Below, piece by piece: positions 14,057 through 27,105 of a stretch of DNA of 64,000 bases. The position numbers and the translations under genes are program-made. This DNA is from Mytilus edulis (lineage: Eukaryota), in NCBI RefSeq assembly GCF_963676685.1, contig NC_092345.1, positions 17,918,001 through 17,982,000 on the forward strand, given 5' to 3'. Each line of letters starts with the position of its first letter. Positions within the stretch are counted from its first letter, which is position 1. Below the pieces are notes generated by a model. That model saw only the letters and a list, made by a program, of their open reading frames with translations, did not search any database and was not told the DNA's origin.

Positions 14057-14377
14057 ATTTTTTATGCCCCACCTACGATAGTAGAGGGGCATTATGTTTT
14101 CTGGTCTGTGCGTCCGTTCGTTCGTTCGCCGTTCGTTCGTTCGTCCGTTCGTTCGTTCGTCCGTCTGTCCCGCTTCAGGTTAAAGTTTTTGGTCGAGGTA
14201 GTTTTTGATGAAGTTGAAGTCCAATCGACTTCAAACTTGGTGCACATGTTCCCTATGATATGATCTTTCTAATTTTAATGCCAAATTAGAGATTTTACCC
14301 CAATTTCACGGTCCACTGAACATAGAAAATGATAGTGCGAGTGGGGCATTCGTGTACTGAGGACACATTCTTGTTTT
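14057..14377 (+). mobile_element. HINE-like element, family A, single-core copy
   Basis: Same termini as 3235-3633 (ATGCCCCAC / GTGGGGCAT), TTCG microsatellite and one core unit. Confidence 0.8.
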
Positions 14378-16526
14378 TGCAAAAATTAAAACATTGCAAA
14401 CATTCTTAATTTTCAGTACTTGTTTAATACTACCAGTAGGTGTTATAAATAATCAATTACGGTTAACCTTTTTTATTTCAGGAATTCCCTTTCAGAACCT
14501 CTTGACCTCATAAAACCTACTTATAATCAATTTTAGTGTTATTATAATGTGATATTTTGTTTAGTTTATTATACATTATTTTTTATTTTTATATTTTAGT
14601 TTTTTGCGTGTTTGTGTAAATGGTAAAAAGGTATACATTCTACCTTTTCTAGAAAATCGTTAGTCATTGGTTTTTAGTTTTAAATTTACTTTTCATTAAA
14701 CATATTTTTTTCTCCAGTTTGTTTATATTTAGTACTTAATTTTTATTTATTTTGTAAGTCTAAATTCTGTAATTTGATAATTAACTTTTGGTAGGTAACA
14801 CTTTGAAATAAAATTTTCATTTATCACAGATCTCCATCTGTGGGTTGCCATTTGATGTTACCTGCATAAGGCACTGACATTGAATGTGACAAAAATATTT
14901 AGATAGACAAGTTTTTCATGTTTTCCAACTTGCTAGTTATAGATAGGTATTGTTATTATTATTTGTCACAACAAATTTTGCTTATCAAGAATACAGGGTA
15001 GTTTTGAGATTTCCTATTACCCAAAGTTTCTTTTTGTTTTTGCAAAGATTTTACAATTTATTTATTTTTTTCCTTTGATAATTTACTAAGTTTGATATGT
15101 TTCATTACATTTTGTCAGTGTTATGACCTGTGTTTTTTTGTGATATATTTATTTATTATTTTTTTGTTTTACTTTGAAAAAAATCAAAACCATTATGTTA
15201 CCAAAAAAAATGGATTTAAATCCTCTAATTGATTGAGAAGTTCTTCTAAGTTTTCATAATTAAAGACTACATTGTATCTAATGGTAAAATTGCACAGTCC
15301 ACTGTAAAAAAAAATATCAAACTAGTTTTGATTGTGAAGAAACACTGAACCCATGAAATCTCAATCTTTTTTTTTCAGGGTTAGGTGTAGAAATTATATT
15401 GATATTATTTCTCAAAAGTCTTAAACAAAATTGAAACAGTGTTTGAATTCAATTTCTATTCCTGTGTGAGATGTAAATTCTTATGTTTGAAAATAAGATT
15501 TGTTTTCTGAGCCTAATCAGAAAAAAAAGAAATTATTAAATCTGTGCATGCAAAAATTATGTGAGAATAGTTACCAATTACTAAGTTTTCAAATACCTAA
15601 AACTAAATTATGTGGTTTGGTGGCCATTGTTGGTCTATTTTTAACTACAGGTCTATTGGAATATAAGTGTAATAAACTATGATTTATGAATAATTGCTTG
15701 CCGCTGTAGTAATATTCTAGTCACATGATATAGATGTAATATTTTATTTATATGTAACCTCTTTCTTTGTTAAAAACTGAACTAAAATTTGTTAAAAGAA
15801 TTTGAATATTGTTTTGGATAAGATACTTAAATCGAGTACCCATGGCAAATAGAAATAGGTCATATATTTTGTTTTCTTGATTTGTAAACTATTTTGTAAA
15901 ATGAACAAGAATAAGTTGAAATCCAGTGAAATCCAGTTTTATTTCGAAGGAGCTTTTGTCAATTTAAGTTGTTTTCCCATGGTAAGTTAGAAGAGTCTTG
16001 GAGTATAAAATTAATCTATATTTCTTGTGAACAGCAAGGAAAATTATAAAAATATGTTCCTAATGACATTTAACAAAATATTCTGAAATGCTTGAGAACA
16101 ACTTTTTATTACTTTTTTAAAATTACTCTTTTCACTTTATATTCCTGTCATACATTCCATGAACCTAATATAGAAAATAACGAAAAGACATCTCATGGGC
16201 AATATACTGTGGTTTCATTGGTACAAATTTTTCATGGTTTAAGGAAAACTTGCATATTTGTGGATATCGAATTTATTGGCTCTGACGAAGTCTGCATACA
16301 AGACTGTAGGAAATTTGTCATTCGTTGAACATTTAATTTCGTGGTTCACCTATACCAAAGAATTAAAAGATTTTGATTTAATTCAATTTTATCAATTCTT
16401 ATACTTGCCAGGACGTTTTATTAATATTAAACTACAACAAAAATCATACATGTACTTAATGCATTCCTTAATCATGTTACTCATTTTAATTTTCAGTATG
16501 TCATAACAAATTTATCCATTTCATAG

Positions 16527-17041
16527 ACTCTGTGGATTCATAATTATTTGTTGGATACCAATTTTCGTTGATTTTGTGGTTACCTGCGAACCATGAATTT
16601 TAATGTCTAACCAATTACAAATGTTATTTAAGGAATGACTGTAATATTTTTTCTGTCTATGAAGAAATAACATAAAAAATGTGGTGCACACTGAATAACG
16701 CGCATAGCGGGTTATTTAACAGTGTGCACCACATTTTTTATGTTATTTTGAATCGACAGAAAAAATATTAGTCATTTCTTATAATTTAATTCTAAAGTCC
16801 ATTTTAAACCGTAGAAAACCATGAAAAAATGTTGATGACGTCACAGTCACATGACTAAATTATGTCTATGGGCTCATAACAAAATAACGTCAGCCAATCA
16901 GAAGATGCGTTATATTTAAAATTAAATTATATAGAAATGGATGCAGGCTTTGGTAAAACCTTGATTCATGTAGAATTAAAATTTTCCTCAATCCACAGAA
17001 ATTGGTACCCACTTTATATTTAAATAAATGAGTCCACAGTA
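16527..17041. mobile_element. MITE with a nested foldback element
   Basis: Termini CTGTGGATTCA (~16530) and TGAGTCCACAGTA (~17030) enclose a ~155-bp near-perfect palindrome at 16629-16783. Confidence 0.6.
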
Positions 17042-17869
17042 CTATTAATATGTGGTGTGTACTAATTATACACAAGTACTAATTATACACAAGAGATTGT
17101 AGGAACAAAGCATCATTGCAAGATCAGAACAATTTAGAAAATTACCAAATGAATTTTACAATTTGATATGTTAGTTTGTTTGTTTGTTTCTATGTTATTG
17201 TTTATTGCAAGCAGAAAACCTTGTTATTTATTTTTGTTTTTAGCTATGAATTGTGATTTATTTTACATGTTGAGCGTATTGAGCTCATATTGTCATTTAT
17301 ATAATTACATGCACAAAAAAACAATCAAAAAAGATTTTTTGTTTTCTTTTTATAAAATTAAATCATTTTGTTAAAAGGATATGCAAATTCTTGCCTGTAG
17401 ATCAATAACAGATGATGTGCATACAAAGGACAGACACATATAGTTTCAAAAATCTTCACATACAAAGGAGAGGCTTAATATAATATACGGTAAAATGGAT
17501 ATTCAGACTCCTTCTCTATGTGCCTGTCCCAAGTCAGTTGTTGGCGTATGTTGCTATGTTACATATTAGTTTTTCATTCAAAATTTTGTACATTAATTAG
17601 GCCGTTAGTTTTCTCGTTTGAATTATTTAGGGAATTTTATAGCTGACTATGGAGTGTGGGCTTTGCTAGTGGTTGAAGGCCGTATGGTGACCTATAGTTG
17701 GTTATTTCTGCATCATTTGGTCTCTTGTGAAGAGTTGTCTCATTGGCAATCATACAACAATTTTTTTTAAATCATGTTGAAAAACAAACTGACAATACCA
17801 TAGCAAAAAACAAAAAAAACATAATCAACGGTACACAAAACACAACTTGGAAAACTTGAGACTGAGAAA

Positions 17870-19720
17870 CATTAACTGTAATGGTGTCCACACAGTTAAA
17901 AGTGTTCATTATAATGTTTTCCACTGTAATGCTGTCCACTGTAATGGTGTCCACACTGTTAAAAGTGTTCATTATAATGTTTTCCACTGTAATGCTGTCC
18001 ACACTGTTAAAAGTGTTCATTATAATGTTTTCCACTGTAATGGTGTTTTCTGTAAAAGTGTTCGTTATAATAGTTTCTACTGTAGTACTGTCCACTGTCA
18101 TAGTGTCTGCTGTAATTGATTTCATTGTCATAGTGGCCACAGTAGTTCTGCCCACTGTAATTGTGTCCACTGTCATATTGTCTATTGTAATGGTTTCCAC
18201 TGCAATAGTGTCCACTGTCATAATTTCTGTTGTAAAAGTGTTCACTAATGGTGTCCAATGAAATGGTTTCTACTGTCATAGTGTCTACTGTAATGGTCTT
18301 CACTGTTATAATGCCCATTGTTATAGTGTCTACTGTTATGATGTTTGTTAAAAAAGTGTTCTTAAGGTTTTATCCACTGTAATATTGTTTACTGTTATGG
18401 TTTCCACTGTTATACTGTCCATTTTAATAGTGTCTACTATAACACTGTCCACTGTGTCTTGTAATGCTGTCCACTGAAATAGTATTTGCTAAAAAAGTTT
18501 TGTCCACTGTTATATTGTTAACTGTCTCTACTGTAATACTGTCTGCGGTGTCTTTTGTTATACTGTCCAATGTGTCTATTGTAATGATGTCTACTGTAAT
18601 ACTGTCCACTGTGTCTATTATAATGCTGTCCACTGTATTAGTGTTTGCTTAAAAAGTGTTAGCCTAAGGTTGTGTCCACTGAAATAGTGTCTTCTGTTAT
18701 GGTTTCCACTGTCATACTGTTTAATGTGTCTTTTTCAATGCCTCTACTGACTGTAATACTGTCCACTATGTCTATTTTTTTGCTGTCCACTGTTATGGTT
18801 TTTGTTAAAAAAAATGTTCTCTTAAGGTTTTGTCCACTGTAATAGTGTCTACTATAATAGTGTCCACTGTAATGGTGTCTACTGTAATACTGTCCACTGT
18901 GTCTACTGTAATGCTGTCCACTGTGTCTACTGTAATGCTGTCCACTGTGTCTATTGTAATGCTGTCCACTGTGTCTATTGTAATGCTGTCCACTGCCATG
19001 GTGTCCACTGTAATGCTGTCCACTGTCATGGTGTCCACTGTAATGCTGTCCACTGTCACTGTGTCTATTGTAAGGCTGTCCACTGTCATGGTGTTTATTA
19101 AAATAGTGTTCTCCAAAGGAATGTTCACTGTCAAAGTGTCTACTGTACTGGTTTCCACTATTATACAGTCCATTATTATAGTGTCTACCGTTATGATGTT
19201 TATACTGTTCACTGTGTCTAATGTAATGCTGTCCACTGAAATGGTGTTGGTTAAAAAAATGCTATCTAAAGGTTTGTCCACTGTCCATTGTAATAGTGTC
19301 CACTGTAATATTGTTTACTATAATAATTTCCACTGTTATACTGTCCATCCTAATAGTGTCTACTATAACACTGTCCACTGTGTTTATATATAGTAATGGT
19401 GTTGGCTTAAAATGTGTTCTCTAAATGTTTTGTCCACTGTAATATTGTTTATTATAATGGTTTCCACGGTTATACTGTCCATTGTATTTGTATACTCTGT
19501 AATGATCTCTACTGTAATACTGTCCACTGTGACTATTGTAAAAATGCTGTCCACTGTTATGGTGTTTGCTAAAAAAGTGTTCACTAAAGGTTTTGTCTAC
19601 TGTAATATTGTCCACTGTAATACTGTCCCTATGTCTATTTTAATGCTGTCCACTGTTAAGGTGTTTGCTAAAAAAGTGTTCTCTTAAGGTTTTGTCCACT
19701 GTAATATTGTCCACTGTAAT
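17870..19720. repeat. Degenerate low-complexity satellite built from TGTCCACTGTAAT-like 9/15-bp units
   Basis: Dense recurrences of (TG)TCCACTGT/TCTACTGT, punctuated by TTTGCTAAAAAAGTGTTC-like motifs. ORFs in several frames are broken by stops. Confidence 0.85.
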
Positions 19721-19756
19721 TATCTGGTCCTGTAGCTTTATTGGTGTTTATGTTTT

Positions 19757-20045
19757 TTATGATTTTGTATACACCTTTTTAGGGTATGTACTAGCTTCTT
19801 TCGTTGGTATTTCTGTGTTAGTTTCTGATGTGAAAGCAGATTGAAATTGCTGGTTTAATATGTTTGCTTTTTCAGAGTGATTTGTATGGAGGGTGCCTTC
19901 ACTTCTTAAAGATGCAATGCCGGTGTTTTCCTTTCTTTTGCCTTTTATATAGGAGTACAGCTTTTTAGGTTGTTTGTTGAAGCAATGCTGGTCTGGTTCC
20001 TTTATATCGATGACGAAGATCATATTTTCGATGTATGCCCAGTAT
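19757..20045 (-). pseudogene. Non-LTR retrotransposon (CR1/L2-type LINE) ORF2 fragment, linker between endonuclease and RT
   Basis: KKLYSYIKGKRKENTGIASLRSEGTLHTNHSEKANILNQQFQSAFT fits the typical K-F/L-W/Y-SYIK...KA-ILN-QF-SVFT linker. Isolated and truncated. Confidence 0.75.
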
Positions 20046-20779
20046 TTACATGGATCATTGATTATTAGATTATTTTGGTAAAACTTGTAGTAAAACCTTT
20101 ATCTTACAGACTCTCGATACAAAATCAGTGTAACAAGAGAGACCAGTGGCGGGGGTGGGGGAGATGGGAGGACTGCCTAAGGGGGTCGCTCCAGTCATGC
20201 TTCAGTGATTCCATATGTAGTCAACCATTTGTTTTCCACAAAAGGGGGGGGGGAAATAGCCTCTTAATCCTCCTCCGGTGACATTTCAGTGTTTTCAATC
20301 TTGTATTAATGACCATATATACAGAAAGTACTGTATTGTATGTGCATCTACTCTAGCTGTTCTGTCTACAATTACAGACTAAGGGAGATAACTCAATTCT
20401 ATGTAATCTTTCACGATCATATTTCTAGCTATACCGAAAATTATTTACAACATGATGGCTGGATGCAGAATTTTACCTTGAAAATGATAAACTTGGTAGC
20501 TCAATCTTATTTCAAAAGAACCAATGTATTTTTTTACAAGCGTTTGATTTAATTTAATCCTAAATGTGTGTTTTTAAATTTTTCTGTAAAAAACGTAAAA
20601 TGAATAAATTAAATTAGATAAAAGTGAAATTTCAATTCATATCAACCTTGACGAACACGCCCTTATGCATTGACAAACTATCGAACAAGTTCATTCAGAG
20701 ATTTAAACACCCTGGTGGCTTTTCATAATAGGTAAATTCTATAGAAAATACAATCGTGATAAACGTCAATACATTATGC

Positions 20780-23700
20780 ATGGAGGAAGATAAAAAGGAA
20801 AAAGAACACAAAATACATGTCGGGCAGGGTAACGACATGACCGGGGAGAGTAAAAAAGTTCCCACAAACATGCCGCAATCAAACAACTCTGTTCTGTTGG
20901 TGGTTATTGTAGCTTCTGCTGCAATCACTGCAGGAGTTTGGTTCCAGACTCACAAACTAGGAGTGGAAATAACAAATCTTGTTCAGATATTACAAAATGT
21001 GGAATTCAGTAGCAAACATCAACATACCCAGCAACAATCTCGCCCAGGTAAGTCAGTCATTTTAGTAAAGAAAAATCAAAGCATAGTGTTATCGTTTGAA
21101 TCATTCTCAATTTTCAAAAGAAAGTGTCAAAGTTCAAATTAATGACATCCGATTGGTATTTCTTGTTAAATAGACCATATATTATTAAACGGTGATATTT
21201 GGTATTATGTGACATTCATTAAAGGAATAATTCGCGATTTTTCACTTTTCATCTTATTATGTTCATAAAACCATAAAACAGCAGCAGAGCAACACAAAAC
21301 ACCTAAAAGACACAACATTACAAAGAAGATTATATCAAAAAATTACAAAAATAGGGGTTCAACACATTCTATCGTAATTATGATGTTTTCTTAATATGAA
21401 GTCAGTTGTGTATGATATAGAATGCAACAATCGAAAGAAATTCAAATAAAAGCACTCTCTTAAAATAATTGCACCCGTTGTTAACTTGTTTTCATTTCTC
21501 GCTAATTTATTTCAGTGTTTTACGCTCGCAACAAATACATAAGAGCATTTTAACATCTCATTAGATTACCTAGACTCCCTCCCCAATCTACTGTACAGAG
21601 GTTTAAATCAATAATAGAGATGTTAAAATCATGCAAAGAGATTTTAAAATCACTTAAAAAGGGTTGAGAAGGCTATAAGTGTTATAGCAGTCTCAGAATA
21701 AAGGTATACATGCTTTAAACCTTTCTGCTAAGCATTCAATTAATGGGGAAATAATATGATTCTGGAAACTACTATTCTGTTCTATAATATTGTTCGGACC
21801 TCCATTTGGGTGGTTTGAAAATATAGCTTTAATGCATATAAAGAGCGCTAAGAATATTCCAATATATCTCTTTTTTAAAGTTATAAGCTCTCTCTCTTAA
21901 TTGGTCTACAAAGAGATTTGCTGTGCATGAACATACGTGTTTGTGCGCTAGAATGCAGCGAGAAAAATAATAACCATTATAACCTGAAAGCATAGATAGT
22001 CAGAGAACATTATTTGCGGTTTTCCAAGGAAATCACCAATTTGTTGGAAATAAATTACATCATGTGCGATTAAATATCTCTCTTTTTTGAAAGCGCATCA
22101 ACCATTTATGAAAAAGAGGTGTAATTATCTGAGTTTCTGTAGATTTGACGTTTTAATACTAAGCTAAAACATTTTTTTCATTATTTTAACAGCTGGCGAA
22201 GTGTTACCGCGAGATTGTTTTGATATTCAGATGATGGGCGAGGAGGCCTCGGGTGTTTACAAGATTTATCCGGAAGGAATAAAAGGTGGCGTAGATGTGT
22301 TTTGTGATATGGAAAATGATAGTGGTGGTTGGTTGGTAAGTATATTGCTAAATGACCAATTCGGTTTACTATGGCAATTTGTTTTGAATGTGAGCAGGGA
22401 CATATATATATATATTCATTAGATATACTGTTCCCAGATGTGAGAAAGAAGTCCGAGATGAAAAGGGATAAATGTCAATGTGGTAGAACTAAAATACTAA
22501 TGGACATTCGAAAAAGATTATTAGAAACTTTTAAAAGTACTTTTGCATTTAATTTGTTTTCAATATTAGTTTTATAGTATATCTGAACATCATATTCAAT
22601 GAATATTACGTCATTCAAGAAAGAAACTGGCTCATTTGCCTTCTAATTTTATAGCAAGCACTACAAACTCAAGAATGCGAAGACAAATGTCTTTTGGAAT
22701 TTATTAAACTAATTTTTTGACAGAATGAAATGCGTTAAAAGAAATAATAAACAGCTGCGCCACGAGCGCATGATACGCCCTTCGTCTTGTGTGTGAAATT
22801 TAATGCAATAATCATAAATAGTTTCTGCGATATGGTGCGACATGTGAAAAACTCCTTTTTCCAGTTTTTACAAAAAACTCAAGAACTCTAAAATTAAATT
22901 TTGAATCATCACCAAAAAATATACAGATCTTTAACCTAATATACATAAGAAGTGTGTAACGTTTTTAGCAATAACCATTAATGGTTTTTGAGATACAGTG
23001 CGACATGTGACCCCCAACCCCCCTTTTAAAAAAAAATCAATAACGTAAAGATGAAATTTTGAATGATCACCAAAAAGTATACAGATCTTTAGATTAATAT
23101 AACTAAGAAGTGTGTAAAGTTTCAAGCAATAATCATAAATCGTTTTTGAGATACAGCGCGACATGTGAAAAAACACCTCCTGTTAAAGTTATAAAGTCCC
23201 GTAACTCAAAAAATTTAAATCTTATGTATACAGATCGTTTGAACACCATAAGAAACAACTATTTTAAGTTTCATGAAATTTGAATAAGTGGATCTCAAGT
23301 TACGGGGCGACATGTGGACGCCGGATAGACAGACAGACGGACAGAGAGACGGAAGGACACCGGACATTTGTATACCATAATACGTCCGTCAAAATTTTGA
23401 CGGGCGTATAAAAATAACTAGTTTACAATGCTTATCAAGTGTCATCACTACCCTTCGATTCGAAAATTGCAAGTAGCTAAAAAATGCGTTAACAATGTTC
23501 TTCACTTTTGTTGATAATCATGAACCAGTTGCAGTGCTCTTTACCTTGACAGACAATAAGGTTATTGACTATGTAAACTTTGAATACACAAAACAACTTT
23601 TACAAGCAAGAAGTTCTCACATTACTTGACACCTATATTTAATTCTTCCATATATACAGATATACCGGCCATATATATATCTTGCTGTTCGGTTTGAGCT

Positions 23701-26565
23701 AAGGCTCCGTGTTGAAGACCGTACTATGACCTATAATGGTTAATCTTTACAAATTGTGACTTGAATTGAGAGTTGTCTCATTGGCAGTCATTCCACATGT
23801 TCTTATATCTAGATATCTAGTTTAGAAGCTTGGCTGTACATGTAGAAACCTTTTTATAATCGGAATATTTATCAATGTCGATCAGATGAGTCAATGTAAA
23901 AGAGAGGATGTGGTGTGATTGCCAATGAGACAATTTTCCATGAGAGACCAAATGACACAACTATAAGTAACCGTACGGCCTTAAACAATTAGCAAAGCCC
24001 ATACCGTAGAGTCAGCTATATAAGTCATTTTGAACTGCTATTTTTGTTTTATAATCTTATACAGTACTGTAATACCTCTGTCACAGGTTAGGGCAGGTTT
24101 AAGACATTAAAAGCAGTTAGTTTGTGCCTGTCAGGAGTTTGAAATCCAGTGGTTGCTTTGGTTGCTGTTTGACATACACGTTTTTTGCGTTTAACATTTT
24201 TCCAAAACTCAGCTCGTAGGTTTTCGCTTTAAAATTTGTTTACCCTACATGTATTGTATGCCGAGGCCTTTTAAAGCTTCCTATACATACGGTATGTGTT
24301 TTCCTCACGATTGAAGGTTGTACGATGATATGGTCATATTTATAAATTAACTGTTTACAAAACTTTTGAATTTTTGAAATACTAAGGCTTTTCTTCCTCA
24401 GGAATAGATTACCTTACCTGCATAAGGCTAAACTTTGAGGAATTTTGGTCCTCAATGCTCTTAAACTTCGTACTTTATTTGGCCTTTTTAACTTTTTCGC
24501 GTTCGAGCGTCATTGATTGAGTCTTGTGTAGACGAAACGCGCGTCGGTGTAAATACAAATCCTGGTATCTATGATGAGTTTATTTATGTAGTTATTTTTG
24601 CGAATTTTTAAAGATGAGAATCCTGCATGTTCATAAACAGCATTTTGTGCTCTTTGCTGTCTGCATTTTAATATCTCTGATTGGTTTAAACAAGAAATAC
24701 ACAGATATTATTTTGTTACAGGTTTTCCAAAGAAGATTAAATGGGAATGCTGACTTTTATCGGAATTGGGAAAATTATACAGTAGGATTTGGTGATATCA
24801 AAAATGAATTTTGGTTAGGTATGTGTAATCACTATTTCTTTAACAGCTTATATACGTCACAATGATAACAGAGATATATGTCGCTGGTGATAGTAAGTCC
24901 AAGAAAATTTGTGTTTTCCTTTTATCATATATTTGGATTATACAAATTATATGTAACGATAGTATATAAGTTCAGTATTATATTATGGTTAGACAGATTA
25001 ATTTTTTCATAAACTATCATTTCAGGAAATATATTACTCAATATCATAACCAATCAAGGATGGTACCAGCTACGTGTAGATATGTCTGATTTTGAGGGAG
25101 AAAGTAAATACGCCAAATACAAAATCTTTCGAGTTGGTGATATCTCCAGTAACTACCCCCTGACTGTTGTTGGATACTCGGGAGATGCAGGTAAGTCGAT
25201 GAAAGTTGGAATGCGCGAAATGCTGGAAAGTGGTTGATTGTTGGTATTCTTTTGACACCGACCTTTCACCTTTTTGTGTGTGTTGGAATAGTTGTACAAA
25301 TCATACAGGAACAAGCATTTTTTATTTTATTAAGCTGCTTTTCCACTTTCTTACTGAACCACTTCTTTCAACAAATTTAGAATCAAAACTGTTTTAAAAA
25401 AATGAGAACTTATATACTATCCAACACAAAAAGATGAATTGCCGGGTCCTTACTGGTTCCCACGTTAAGGATAATCTGAAAATACTGCCAAGTCATTGTC
25501 GGTTAGAATTACAAAAACGATAATTTTTTTATTGCTGATACGTCTAAGTTTGTGGATATTCTATTATTTTTAAATGGCCGCAAAGTTTTCGTTGAGTTTT
25601 CTGCAAATGCATTTTGAATCTTTGAGGGAGAGCAATCCGGAAATTATGGCATGTCTTGAAATGTTAGCAAATTTATAGTGGTGGTTCTTTTCGGAGAAAG
25701 CTACTTAGTATATAGTGGTGATATTCTTAAAGTGCTGTTTACTCGCAAGCTCATGCAATATTATATACAGCTCGGGACGATATTGTCAATATTAATCCAA
25801 CAACTGGAAAGCTCGTGCAATACCATATACTGCTTCGAGCAATTTCCCTCTATATCATTGCGATAACTATCAATTATTACACAATTCAAGTACAATAAAA
25901 ATAAATGACAAAAGACTTTGTCCTTTTCATTTATTTTGCATTGGTATTAATCGTATTGTAATTGCTTTCCTTATTTTAAAAGTAATCAATTACGCGCATT
26001 TCTCTGTGCCCTCTATTATATAATAGGAAATTCTATTCGTGTTATTTTAGAATGTCTTTTGTAAGTTGTTGCGTAAATGTTCCATACGGTCTTTGTTAAA
26101 AACGTAGTTTATTATAATAATTTGTGAGTAATTGTGTATTACAAATGGTGCTAATTCGATTTTGTAAATATTTGTTATATGACATGCAGCTCGGGAAAAT
26201 ATTGCTCAATATAAGTCCAACAACTACAAAGCTCGTGCAATATCACATACTGTTTGGGCAATTTTCCTCTATATTAATACAATAACTATCAATGATTACA
26301 TATTTTGTAAATTTTAGGTAATTCTATGCAGGTTGCAAACGGGATGAAATTTTCGACGCATGATGTCGACAATGATGGAGCTCCAGGGTCATGCGCAAAG
26401 TCATTTAAAGGAGGATTTTGGTACAATAACTGTCATTATGCCAATCCGAATGGTGAATACCTAAAAGGTGAACACGAGGCTCTAGCTGTAGGCGTAAACT
26501 GGTACCACTGGAAAGGATATAAATACTCATTAAAATCTATAGAGATGAAAATAAAACCTTTATAA
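20780..26565 (+). CDS. Fibrinogen-related domain (FReD) protein with an N-terminal type II membrane anchor (FIBCD1-like architecture), 306 aa
   Basis: Exons 20780-21047, 22193-22335, 24722-24818, 25026-25190 and 26318-26565 total 921 nt and are phase-consistent. FReD motifs: [44 protein letters not shown]...[53 protein letters not shown]. Hydrophobic segment [18 protein letters not shown] at about aa 37-54. Confidence 0.93.
22748..23414 (-). mobile_element. HINE-like element, family E, in FReD intron 2
   Basis: Minus strand: TTTTTATACGCCCGTCAAAATTTTGACGG hairpin, GTCC/GTCT microsatellite, ~150-bp degenerate internal repeats, then 3' GGGCGTAT, palindrome TGCGCtcgtgGCGCA and CTGTTT. Confidence 0.75.
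24332..24590 (+). mobile_element. Retrozyme-like short repeat containing a decayed type I hammerhead motif (24507-24550)
   Basis: GCGTCA-TTGATTGA-GTC-TTGTGTA-GAC-GAAA-CGCGCG-TC, followed by the tail CCTGGTATCTATGATGAGTTTATT. Related copies at ~38410-38530(-), 43560-43665(+), 46040-46250(+), 54860-54910(+) and 55345-55390(-). Confidence 0.65.
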
Positions 26566-26629
26566 CGCATTGTTTTCTTCCTTTATTAGTTCTACTCTAC
26601 CAACCAACGGTAATCAGTATCGGTATTTT

Positions 26630-26727
26630 CTCGCTGGGTTAAAGACCCATTGTAGGCCTTCGGTTGTTTTTTGCTCTTTGGTCGGGTTGTCTCTTTGACA
26701 CATTCCCCATTTCCATTCTCAATTTTA
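26630..26727 (+). repeat. Interspersed repeat 3' end (GGTCGGGTTGTTGTCTCTTTGACACATTCCCCATTTCCATTCTCAATTTT family)
   Basis: Copies at 36200-36297(+) and 54165-54286(+), a long copy at 48474-48930(-), and a degenerate copy at 8410-8650(-). Confidence 0.75.
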
Positions 26728-26877
26728 TTAGTTTATTTAATGATTGTTTGAATTGGTTAATGATAGGTTAAAGTCCATTGGCAAATATTTCATGTATGTT
26801 CAGGATGAGAACACACCAAATTTCTTATTTGAAAGGATAAAAGAGAGAATCCGACATTTTAATTCATATACTAAAAA

Positions 26878-27105
26878 TGCTCGAGCGTGACTTATCAAAA
26901 GAGATATGTAAACGCCATAGTATTGGACAGAGGATATGTTACTATTGAGGAATGAAGAGTTGACAATCAGAAAGTTGAAATCATCACGTTTTTCATAGAT
27001 TCTGTTTTAAATGTGGTGACTGAAGTGAGAGGATATTTCTTCAATATATCTGAAAGGGGAACTAAGCCATATTTTTCTTCGAAAGGGATTGTATGAATTC
27101 TGCTT
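26878..27105 (-). pseudogene. Penelope-like element reverse transcriptase relic
   Basis: Minus-strand translation IYEKRDDFNFLIVNSSFLNSNISSVQYYGVYISLLISHARA, plus upstream EAEFIQSL...FRYIEE. These resemble the PLE RT motifs LYDKRDDFNF.IVNFPFL.SNIP...AYGVYISQL and FRYIDD. Internally deleted, with stops. Confidence 0.75.

Noticed and set aside
17772-19687. Thr/Val/Asp-rich ORFs resembling antifreeze or mucin-like proteins
   Set aside because: Overlapping frames on both strands, repeated stops and no splice structure indicate an artefact of a triplet-phased satellite.
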